Below, piece after piece: positions 6,904 to 14,465 of a stretch of DNA of 15,895 nt. The notes beneath the pieces are model-generated. The model made no database searches and had not been told where the DNA came from. It saw only the letters and a list, made by a program, of their open reading frames with translations. Every line of letters begins with the position of its first letter. The first letter of the stretch is position 1. A program made the position numbers and the translations under genes. The stretch is from NCBI GenBank assembly GCA_046484135.1, contig JAWOBU010000041.1, positions 1 through 15,895 of the forward strand, read 5' to 3'. The DNA comes from a bacterium (GTDB lineage Bacteria > RBG-13-61-14 > DATKZS01).

Positions 6904-6958
6904 TGTCATAATAATTGACAAGGCTTTTGGAGCGGGCGTTTTAAATTTGTGGTATAAT
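6904..6958 (+). promoter_or_regulatory. Extended -10 promoter with upstream palindromic operator candidate
   Basis: TGTGGTATAAT at 6948-6958; inverted repeat TGTCA-TAATAAT-TGACA at 6904-6920. Confidence 0.6.
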
Positions 6959-7023
6959 TTTATCTACAGCGTGAGGATGCCGTACAAGGCAAAACGGCCA
7001 TGGAGCCGTGAAGGGAGACAAAA

Positions 7024-7329
7024 ATGTTAGAGCCGAAATCGCCGCCAATCGAGAAGGCTTACGAAGACCTCAAGGCACGGTACTTTTCCAAGAAGGACGA
7101 GTACCTGGAGCTGTGCTGGCGCTATGACCTTCCGCCCCGCGACATGGGCCTTCTGCTCATGGGCAATAAAGAGATCGAGCCCACTGACAGAATACGGCTC
7201 ATCCGTCTTATCATTTCCCTTATGGACATGGAGAAAATGCTGGGTCCGGACAGGATCAGCGATTTTCTCTTTCCTTCCGACGAGTCGCACTACTTGAACA
7301 GCGCCATGTTCGACTTGCAGCTACACTGA
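7024..7329 (+). CDS. Hypothetical 101-aa protein
   Basis: GGGAG RBS and ATG start, GC3-rich codons like neighbouring genes, own promoter; no family recognised. Confidence 0.75.
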   Translation: MLEPKSPPIEKAYEDLKARYFSKKDEYLELCWRYDLPPRDMGLLLMGNKEIEPTDRIRLIRLIISLMDMEKMLGPDRISDFLFPSDESHYLNSAMFDLQLH

Positions 7330-7380
7330 CACAGGACGTAAGCTCCCGGCAAAACAAACAGCCGGTCGCGATCTTCCTGC

Positions 7381-8778
7381 TCAGTAGTTTACCCCCTCCC
7401 GGAAAGAAAGCTTAAGCACGGCCAAAGCGGACGCCAAAAACCTCGCGTTCTTGGGCACGTCCCGGGCGATCCTTCCTATCCTTCCCGGCGAGAAATAGAA
7501 CCGCCGGTACGCTCCTTTGCGGAGCTCGGCGATTTCCCGGTCGGTGGCGCGGGACAGGTTTATAGCGGCCTGGGAGGCGTCCCGGAAGTCCGTCTCCCGC
7601 ACGCGCCGGCTGGTTTCCGGGTCGGACTCCGCGATCTCGGTGCCCGGAAAAGGCATGAGGCAGAAGAAGCTTCCGATGTGGTTTTTCAGGGACGCCGCGA
7701 ACTCGACGGTTTTTTCCATCTCTTCTTTTGTCTCGGTAGGGAAGCCGATCATGTTATAGGTCCCGGTGATGATCCTCTCCCCAGCGGTCATGTTCACCAC
7801 CTCGCGGGCGCGGTCAAGGTCCAGGTTTTTCCGGATCAGCTTCTGGACGCGGGGAACGGCGCTTTCGATGGCATAGTCTATCCTGTAAACTCCCGCCCTT
7901 TTCATGAGAGCGAGAAGCTCGGCGTCCATCCGGTCGGCCCGGAGGCCGTTGGTAAAGGCCAGGGCCGCTCCCGGTATCCGGTCAACTATTTCCTGCATGG
8001 CCGCCTTGGCATGGTCGAGCTTCAGGTTAAAGGTATCGTCAATGATCTCGAACTCCGTAACTCCATAGCGGTCCCGGAGCATCTGCATCTCGGCCGCTTT
8101 TCCGGCCGGGTCGAAAGTGCGGTACTTTCGGCCGAAGATATGGTGGCAGTAGGCGCAGCCGAAAGGACAGCCGCGGCTGAAGAAGATCGGCAGCCGCCGA
8201 CCGGAGCGGGCCACCGTGTTCATGGCGTTTCTTCGCCGGAAGCCGAAGTAACTCTCCGGGTCCAGGACCTCCCAGTCCACCTGTAAAGACTCCATGTCCT
8301 CGACCGGATCGGGCGGGCCGTTATAGACGATCTCTTTGCCGGAGCGGAAAGCCACGCCCCTCTTGTCTTCCAGCGTGTCCTTGCCTTCCAGGGAATCGAG
8401 CACATGCACCAGGGTCCTTTCTCCCTCGCCCAGCACCAGGTAATCGGCACGGCAACGACCGAGAAGCTCCGGGCCGTAGCCGGTGGCGTGCGGCCCGCCC
8501 AGAAGAACGGTTACGGAAGGCGCCGCCGCCTTGAGCCGGTTGATATGGTCTATGACCTCCCGCGCCTCGAAGCTCATAGCGGTAAAGCCCACTACATCGG
8601 GAGACCACGCCAGAGTACGCTTGATGAACTCCTCCAAAGAAAGCCGCAGATGCCGGCCGTCCATGACCCGGACTTCATCCCCTCTAGCCTCTTTGACGGC
8701 ATGGGACAGGTAACCAAAACCCACCGGCACCGGAGTAACCACCAGCGGAGAGTTCGGCCTGGCAAATAGTATCTTCAA
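7381..8778 (-). CDS. B12-binding domain radical SAM protein
   Basis: N-terminal PVGFGYLS, PDVVGFTAM, LGGPHAT, LVLGEGE; SRGCPFGCAYC (CxxxCxxC); IIDDTF, IESA, MIGFPTET, PFPGT. TTG start with AAGGAAG upstream. Confidence 0.93.
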   Translation of the reverse strand: MKILFARPNSPLVVTPVPVGFGYLSHAVKEARGDEVRVMDGRHLRLSLEEFIKRTLAWSPDVVGFTAMSFEAREVIDHINRLKAAAPSVTVLLGGPHATGYGPELLGRCRADYLVLGEGERTLVHVLDSLEGKDTLEDKRGVAFRSGKEIVYNGPPDPVEDMESLQVDWEVLDPESYFGFRRRNAMNTVARSGRRLPIFFSRGCPFGCAYCHHIFGRKYRTFDPAGKAAEMQMLRDRYGVTEFEIIDDTFNLKLDHAKAAMQEIVDRIPGAALAFTNGLRADRMDAELLALMKRAGVYRIDYAIESAVPRVQKLIRKNLDLDRAREVVNMTAGERIITGTYNMIGFPTETKEEMEKTVEFAASLKNHIGSFFCLMPFPGTEIAESDPETSRRVRETDFRDASQAAINLSRATDREIAELRKGAYRRFYFSPGRIGRIARDVPKNARFLASALAVLKLSFREGVNY

Positions 8779-8787
8779 TACACTTCC

Positions 8788-10101
8788 TTAACCGTCCCAG
8801 TCGGAGCGTTTCCAGGGCGCCTTGACCCGTTTGGGCTTGTGCTTTTTATCCTTGCGCTCCCGGGGAGTCGGTGCCCGGTCCTTGCCGGATTCCTTTTGGG
8901 CCTTGCTCCTGGGCTTGGAGGCCGGCACGTACTCGCCTTTTTGGGCGAGCCGTTCAATAAGCGCTTCTCTCTCGCGGACCTCGCGGGAGGTCAGCTCCGC
9001 TTCCATCCGGGCCAGGTTCGTCAGGCCGAGGCCCTCTGATGACTTGTAAAGAAGCGCCTCGCCCCGGAGCGCCACCTGGTCGAAGTTTACCAGGCCGTCT
9101 CTCCATCTGTCCGGCACAGACTCTTCACCCCACCGGGCGCCCATGATCGCGCCCACGATCGCGGCCATGCTGTCGGTGTCCTTGCCGAGCGACACCGCCT
9201 CTATTACCCCCTCTTCCAGGTCGCGAGCCGTGAGTGCTATGTAAAGAGCGGTTACTCCCGCGGCCATGACAAAGCCCTGGCCCGGCTCGGTGATCTTGTG
9301 TTCCGGGAACTGCCGGTTGGACTCGGCCACTATCTGCTTCAGCGCCATGCTCCGCTCCGGAAGCTCGACAAGCCGGGGCAACAAATCGAGCGCGCTTTTT
9401 GCCATGCCGAACCGGTCCATGCAGGCCACCGGTATCAGATGGATGTACTCCTTCTCCACCAGGTCTTCCGCCCGGCCCGCCGCCTCCGAAAGCTCCGACA
9501 GTCGCTCTCCTGCGCTCCGTCCGTCCCCTGACCCGGTCGCGTTCCCGGACACCGCTACTGCGCAAAGCGCGGCCATGACCAGGGAACGCGGGTCCCGGTG
9601 GGTAACAAGTCCCTGCTCCACTGCCGCCCGCATGGTGCTTTCAACGTCCCCCCCAAAGTAAAGACCGCAAGGAGCCGAACGCATCATGGCCCCGATGCCC
9701 GCGGAAGGCATGCCCGCGTTAAACGGGTCCGCGCCTTCCATGAGCGCGCGTACCGAGCCCCGGAAGTTCTTGCCGGTGCCACGATGGGCCCCGAACTGTC
9801 CGCCGGTGTCCGCCCGGGCCATGTCTGTAAGCAGGCGGGCGAAGTAGCTTGCGTCAAAGCCGTTGCATTTTACAAGGGTATCGGAGAGCGCCAGGGCCTG
9901 TTGGGTATCGTCGGAGTAAAGCCCGGGCAGACGCCATCTGTGGGGCTTCTTCTTCCAGGCAATAAAAGGATCAACAAAAGAATCAACCCGGCCGTAAAGC
10001 TGGGTTATATGACCGGCCTTCAGGCCTTCCACCGGGCAGCCCAGGGCGTCGCCCGCGGCAAGGCCGATCATTGCGCCGCGGTACCGGAAGTACTCATCCA
10101 T
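8788..10101 (-). CDS. ADP-ribosylglycohydrolase (DraG/ARH family) with C-terminal helical and basic tail
   Basis: GAMIGLAAGDALGCPVE, YSDDTQQ, GIGAMMRSAP, VTHRDP, GKDTDSMAAIVGAIMGA. Confidence 0.93.
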   Translation of the reverse strand: MDEYFRYRGAMIGLAAGDALGCPVEGLKAGHITQLYGRVDSFVDPFIAWKKKPHRWRLPGLYSDDTQQALALSDTLVKCNGFDASYFARLLTDMARADTGGQFGAHRGTGKNFRGSVRALMEGADPFNAGMPSAGIGAMMRSAPCGLYFGGDVESTMRAAVEQGLVTHRDPRSLVMAALCAVAVSGNATGSGDGRSAGERLSELSEAAGRAEDLVEKEYIHLIPVACMDRFGMAKSALDLLPRLVELPERSMALKQIVAESNRQFPEHKITEPGQGFVMAAGVTALYIALTARDLEEGVIEAVSLGKDTDSMAAIVGAIMGARWGEESVPDRWRDGLVNFDQVALRGEALLYKSSEGLGLTNLARMEAELTSREVREREALIERLAQKGEYVPASKPRSKAQKESGKDRAPTPRERKDKKHKPKRVKAPWKRSDWDG

Positions 10102-10685
10102 TGGCGGAGCTTATCTTTGAGGTTTCGCAAAGCGCGTCCCCGGTGGGACACCTTGAGCTTTTCTTCCCTGGTGATCTCGGAGAAGCCGGCGCCCGCTTCA
10201 ATCGAGTAGAACAGAGGATCGTATCCAAACCCGTGCTCTCCCCGGAGCTCGTTCATTATTCTTCCTTCGGTGGCCCCGTGGGCGGTGATGAGCTCTCCCG
10301 CGGGAGTGGCCAGGGCTATCACGCATATAAAGCGGGCGGTGCGGTTATTATCGGGCACGTCTTCCAGGTCGGCGAGCAGCTTCTCGTTGTTCATGTGGTC
10401 ATCCGCTTCTTCGCCCGCGTATCGGGCCGACCACACGCCGGGCTCGCCGCCCAGCGCGTCCACCACCAGGCCCGAGTCGTCCGCCAGCGCGGACCGGTCC
10501 GTGTGCCGGGCGGTTTCTTTGGCTTTCTTGACCGCGTTCTCGTAAAAGGTCTCCCCGTCCTCGATGACCTCGGGCACGTCCGGAAAGTCTTGGAGGGAGT
10601 AAAGCCTGACCTCGAGGTCAAACAAAGCCTCCCGGATTTCTTCCAGCTTGCCCGGGTTCCGGGTCGCGACCACTATCTCCATCAT
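10068..10685 (-). CDS. rdgB: Non-canonical purine NTP pyrophosphatase (XTP/dITP diphosphatase)
   Basis: ATRNPGKLEE, EDGETFYENAVKKA, LADDSGLVVDALGGEPGVWSARY, GFGYDPLF, SHRGRA; ATGA overlap with rph. Confidence 0.97.
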   Translation of the reverse strand: MMEIVVATRNPGKLEEIREALFDLEVRLYSLQDFPDVPEVIEDGETFYENAVKKAKETARHTDRSALADDSGLVVDALGGEPGVWSARYAGEEADDHMNNEKLLADLEDVPDNNRTARFICVIALATPAGELITAHGATEGRIMNELRGEHGFGYDPLFYSIEAGAGFSEITREEKLKVSHRGRALRNLKDKLRQWMSTSGTAAQ

Positions 10686-11398
10686 GATATCCGGAGCGCC
10701 TTTTTCTGGGCGGCTATAAGCTCTTTGATGCCGCCTGCGGCAACGGAGAGCATTTTATCGAGCTGGGCCCGGCTGAAGGGGTCTCTCTCCGCGGTGCCCT
10801 GGATCTCGATTATCTTTCCCGACCCGCTCATGACCACGTTCATGTCCACGTCCGCGGACGAGTCCAAAGGGTAGTCCAGATCGAGCATTATCTCGCCCTC
10901 CACGATGCCGACACTCACCGCGGCCACGAAGTCGGTGACCGGAAACCGAGAAACCTTCTTTTCCTTGTATAGCTTCTTGCAGGCTTCATAAAGGGCCACG
11001 AACCCGCCGGTTACGGCCGCGGTGCGGGTGCCTCCGTCGGCCTGGATCACGTCGCAGTCCACGGTAATGGTGATGTCTTCCAGGGCTTCCAGGTCAATGC
11101 CCGCCCGCAGAGACCGTCCGATCAGGCGCTGGATTTCCTGGGTGCGGCCGGAGATGTTTCCCCGCTCCCTGCGGCTTCTGGTATGGGTCGAGCGGGGGAT
11201 CAGACTGTACTCCGCGGTTATCCATCCGCCGGGGCTGGACTTCATCCAGCGCGGCTTGCCCGACTCGACGCTGGCGCTGCACAGGACCCGGGTGTTGCCC
11301 GCGCTGATCCGGGCGCTTCCTTCCGCGTACTTCATGGGCTTGCGCTGGATTTTGACGGGCCGGAGGGCAAGGCTGTCGCGGCCTTCCGATTTGGTCAT
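10682..11398 (-). CDS. rph: Ribonuclease PH (238 aa)
   Basis: YAEGS, GWITAEYSLIPRST, GRTQEIQRLIGRSLR, DCDVIQADGGTRTA, LDLDY, DMNVVM, EIQGTAE. ATG at 11398 with AGGTGA RBS; the track's longer ORF overlaps the amidase. Confidence 0.97.
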   Translation of the reverse strand: MTKSEGRDSLALRPVKIQRKPMKYAEGSARISAGNTRVLCSASVESGKPRWMKSSPGGWITAEYSLIPRSTHTRSRRERGNISGRTQEIQRLIGRSLRAGIDLEALEDITITVDCDVIQADGGTRTAAVTGGFVALYEACKKLYKEKKVSRFPVTDFVAAVSVGIVEGEIMLDLDYPLDSSADVDMNVVMSGSGKIIEIQGTAERDPFSRAQLDKMLSVAAGGIKELIAAQKKALRIS

Positions 11399-11409
11399 CA
11401 ATTCATCAC

Positions 11410-12612
11410 CTACTTTTCGTCCAGTCCCAGGCGCCGGTTGGTCGTGTCCCGGAACCGGAGTAAGGCCAGGGCCATGGCGTCCACCAGCTTGGCCTGGGTC
11501 TTCGGATCGGTTATCATCTTCGCTTCCTCCGGAGAAGTTATAAAGCCGACCTCGACCAGGACCGCGGGCATGGACGCGTCCATTAAGACCTTGAAGGGGG
11601 CCTGCTTGACTCCCCGGTTCTCCGAGTTCATCACCCGGGCCAGGCATACCTGGACCATCTCGGCCAGCCGCCCCGAATCGGCCAGCCACTCGGCCTGCGC
11701 CATGTCTCCCAGAATGGCCGCTATATCGTCCTGGACCTCGTCGGGGGAGTCCTCTGCCACGGTCGAGCCCTGGTTCTCCCACGTCGCCAGCTCCATGGCC
11801 GCCTGGTCAGTCGCGGTCAGGCTCGCGAAAAAGGTCTCGAACCCCTTGGCGCTCATCATCTTGTAGCCGTTGGCATGGATGCTTATGAAAACGTCGGCGT
11901 CTTTCCGCCGTGCCTTCTCGGGCCGCTTGGCAAGCGGGACCTTTACATCCTTCTCGCGGGTCAGGTACACCTCGATCCCTTGATCGCGGAGCTTTTCCGC
12001 GAGCTTCAAGGATATCTGCAAGGTCACGTCTTTTTCCTTGATGCCGCCGGGACCGGTGGCGCCGGTGTCCGAGCCGCCATGGCCGGGATCAATGGCTATC
12101 ACGTCCACCGGGTTGCGCAGGGCCGTGTCGAATGAAGAACCTTCGCCGCCTTCTTTAGGGGCCTTGTCTGCCGCGCCCGCCTCCTGGTGTTCTATCCTGA
12201 TCTCCTTTTTAAGAACGTCGGACAGGACGCCGGTGAAGACCTCGGAGGGAAGGTACACCTTTTCATCCGTCCAGATCAGCGAATGCGAAAGATCGTAGCT
12301 CTTCCGCCCCCACTCGATCGTGCCTTTGTCTGACTTTATGACCACCAGCGACAGCTTGTGCCGGAAAAAAACCGTCCGGCTTCGATCGTCCGCAAACCCG
12401 TCCATGCCCAATGCCACGGACGACTCCCGCAAGGGAAGATACAAAGCGCCGTCCTCCTGCTTGAAGTCATGGCAGTAGTAAACCAGCTCATCACCGTCGT
12501 ACAGCTTGGCCGCAGGTTCGGGCTCCTTTGCGCCCGCGGACAGAACACAAACGAAAACCGCGGCCATAAAAAAGCCGGCCGTCCTCTTCCAGTATGAACT
12601 GTAGCGCTTCAT
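11410..12612 (-). CDS. N-acetylmuramoyl-L-alanine amidase (Amidase_3) with signal peptide and N-terminal copper-amine-oxidase-like/stalk domain
   Basis: IAIDPGHGG, EKDVTL, FISIHAN, LVEVGFI; AmiA/B/C-type insertion (ELATWEN...ILGDMAQ); N-terminal LYLPLR/VYLPSEV segments. Confidence 0.94.
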   Translation of the reverse strand: MKRYSSYWKRTAGFFMAAVFVCVLSAGAKEPEPAAKLYDGDELVYYCHDFKQEDGALYLPLRESSVALGMDGFADDRSRTVFFRHKLSLVVIKSDKGTIEWGRKSYDLSHSLIWTDEKVYLPSEVFTGVLSDVLKKEIRIEHQEAGAADKAPKEGGEGSSFDTALRNPVDVIAIDPGHGGSDTGATGPGGIKEKDVTLQISLKLAEKLRDQGIEVYLTREKDVKVPLAKRPEKARRKDADVFISIHANGYKMMSAKGFETFFASLTATDQAAMELATWENQGSTVAEDSPDEVQDDIAAILGDMAQAEWLADSGRLAEMVQVCLARVMNSENRGVKQAPFKVLMDASMPAVLVEVGFITSPEEAKMITDPKTQAKLVDAMALALLRFRDTTNRRLGLDEK

Positions 12613-12619
12613 GGTTTTT

Positions 12620-12628
12620 ATTTTATCA
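12620..12628 (-). promoter_or_regulatory. Extended -10 promoter for the amidase-rph operon (probably leaderless)
   Basis: Minus strand TGATAAAAT followed by AAAAACC-ATG (7 nt); no SD. Imperfect palindrome at 12632-12655 over the -35 region. Confidence 0.55.
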
Positions 12629-12689
12629 GCAAAGCGCTTTTATAAAAAGGCGCTTCCTTCGCATGCTTTGATTAGGCGGGTTAAAAGCT

Positions 12690-14465
12690 TTACTCGGAAG
12701 AAGGGGAGTCAGGCTTTAAGCCTTCTTCTTCCAGTCTCTCCAGCGCCGCCCGCGCCGGCTTCATGTCGGGATCGAGCTCTGTGGCCTTCCGGTAATGCTC
12801 GCGGGCCTTGCTTATATCTCCCCTCTTTTCCAGCGTCCTGGCCAAAAGGTAATGGTGCCGGGCGTTTTTCGGATCAATCCGGACCAGGTGCGAGTAAATC
12901 TCGATCGCTTCCGAGTACCTGTACTTGTGCTCGTACGCTATTGCCAAACCGACCAGCGCCCGCTCGTACCACTGATCGTACTGCAGGGCCTTTTCATAAG
13001 CCTGGATGGCGTCTGCGTACCTGTTCTCTTCAGCGTAAGCGTTCCCCACCTTGGTCCAGTGCTGAGCCGGCGAAGATTGTGCCCATCTCGGAGAACCTGT
13101 TACGGCAAACGCGGCAACCAGCACCGCAAAGACCACGGGCGTACTCCATCTTTTCAGGCTAGATTCGTCCCAGGCGGCCACCATGCCGTAGGCCGCGAAC
13201 ACGAGCAGGGCCGGCACCAACGGAAACCTGTATCGGTTCACCACGTAAAAGGCCAGCACGGTCGCGGCGTAAGAGAAAAAGTAGAGCGCGAGAAGCCCGC
13301 CCCTCCGGCGCAGGAGGGCCAGCACCAGCCCGGCCAGGCCGAAGCTTCCCGCCAGCCAGAAAGCGGGCAGGGGCAATGACAGTACCCATGAGTAACGCTC
13401 GCGGAAAAAGTCGTAGTTCAGGTTGTCGGGTATCTCCTGCCAATTGATAATGAGCAGGGCCTTACTTCGGAGCCGCTCCAGGTAAGAAAAGGGGTCCGCC
13501 GCTATCTCGGCCATGCCCTGCCGGAACCAGAATTTGCTGAGCTCGGAGTCGGAGAGCTTCCGACCGGACAGCTCCTCCGCTTTTTCCCGGAAATCCTCCT
13601 GTTCGAAGCGCGGGATGCGGCGGGCCCATTCCGGGTCTTTGCCCACCCCCAGCGTGTTCTCCCGGTAGTTGCCCACGTAAAAGTTGACGCCTCCCTGCGC
13701 CGTGGTCAGGACGAGCTCGCCCGACACCGCGTAGTTCCGAACCGCCACGATGGCGGGAAAGACGACGACCGAAAGAAACAATGCTAAAAGCGGTATCGCG
13801 GCCCTTCTGCCTGAACGGCGCATCTCCGCTACGGCAATCCATAAGACCAGGAGAGGCATGACCGCGAGGAAGTTTCCGCGAAAGACCATGACCAGCCCGG
13901 CGGCCAGGCCGGCGGCGATCCCCTTTCCCGCCGAGGGCCGGTCCCGGAACACGAAGAAGAGCCACAAGGCGAGGATCAAGAGGCTCATGCCGGGCGAGGT
14001 CTTCAACACCTGGCCCACAAAGAAGAAGTCCACCTTGTAAAGAGCCCACAAAAGAGCGGCCAGAACGCCCACCCGGGCGTCGCCGAAGCTTCTCCTGCCT
14101 ATGCCGTAGACCGCGAAAACACAGGCGGCGCTCAGCAGGGCCTGGATTATGTACACGGACACGAAGCTCCTGCCGATGGTCATGTAAATAAGCGCCAGGA
14201 AGTAAGGATAAAAGGGCGACTGGTAAAAAGGCTTGTCTCCCAGCCAGTCTCCGGCCGCTATTCTCCGGGCCCAGTTGTCATAAGCCTGCTGGTCAATAAG
14301 CAGGTTTTGGAAAAAGACCTGATCGCTTATCTCCAGGATATAGAGCAGCCGGAAGGCCAGGGCCAGCGCAAAGAGCATAAAAAGCGCGAGCATCCGCCGG
14401 GGGGGAAGGCCGCTCGAGCCGCTCCCGTCCCGGCCGGCCGGCTGTTTATGGGGAGCTGTTTCCAT
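12690..14465 (-). CDS. GT-C fold (ArnT/PMT-like) membrane glycosyltransferase with C-terminal TPR repeats
   Basis: Many TM helices; IDQQAYDNWARRIAAGDW...FYQSPFYPYFLA, RNY...GGVNFYVGN, RYRFPLVP; TPR-like repeats after about residue 465. Confidence 0.88.
   Translation of the reverse strand: METAPHKQPAGRDGSGSSGLPPRRMLALFMLFALALAFRLLYILEISDQVFFQNLLIDQQAYDNWARRIAAGDWLGDKPFYQSPFYPYFLALIYMTIGRSFVSVYIIQALLSAACVFAVYGIGRRSFGDARVGVLAALLWALYKVDFFFVGQVLKTSPGMSLLILALWLFFVFRDRPSAGKGIAAGLAAGLVMVFRGNFLAVMPLLVLWIAVAEMRRSGRRAAIPLLALFLSVVVFPAIVAVRNYAVSGELVLTTAQGGVNFYVGNYRENTLGVGKDPEWARRIPRFEQEDFREKAEELSGRKLSDSELSKFWFRQGMAEIAADPFSYLERLRSKALLIINWQEIPDNLNYDFFRERYSWVLSLPLPAFWLAGSFGLAGLVLALLRRRGGLLALYFFSYAATVLAFYVVNRYRFPLVPALLVFAAYGMVAAWDESSLKRWSTPVVFAVLVAAFAVTGSPRWAQSSPAQHWTKVGNAYAEENRYADAIQAYEKALQYDQWYERALVGLAIAYEHKYRYSEAIEIYSHLVRIDPKNARHHYLLARTLEKRGDISKAREHYRKATELDPDMKPARAALERLEEEGLKPDSPSSE

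Noticed and set aside
6915..6958. TTGACA and TATAAT as a single -35/-10 pair
   Set aside because: They are 32 nt apart; TTGACA is better explained as overlapping one half of a palindrome.
6988..7012. GGCAAAACGGCC as the start of a c-di-GMP-I riboswitch
   Set aside because: Lacks the GNRA loop, GACGCAAAG junction and P2/P3 stems; the leader is too short.
11399..11409. Absence of murI between the amidase and rph
   Set aside because: Gene order around rph-rdgB is variable, and no remnant is visible in the 11-nt gap.
11399..11782. 128-aa N-terminal extension of RNase PH
   Set aside because: Overlaps the amidase in another frame; ATG 11398 has an RBS and gives the canonical 238 aa.
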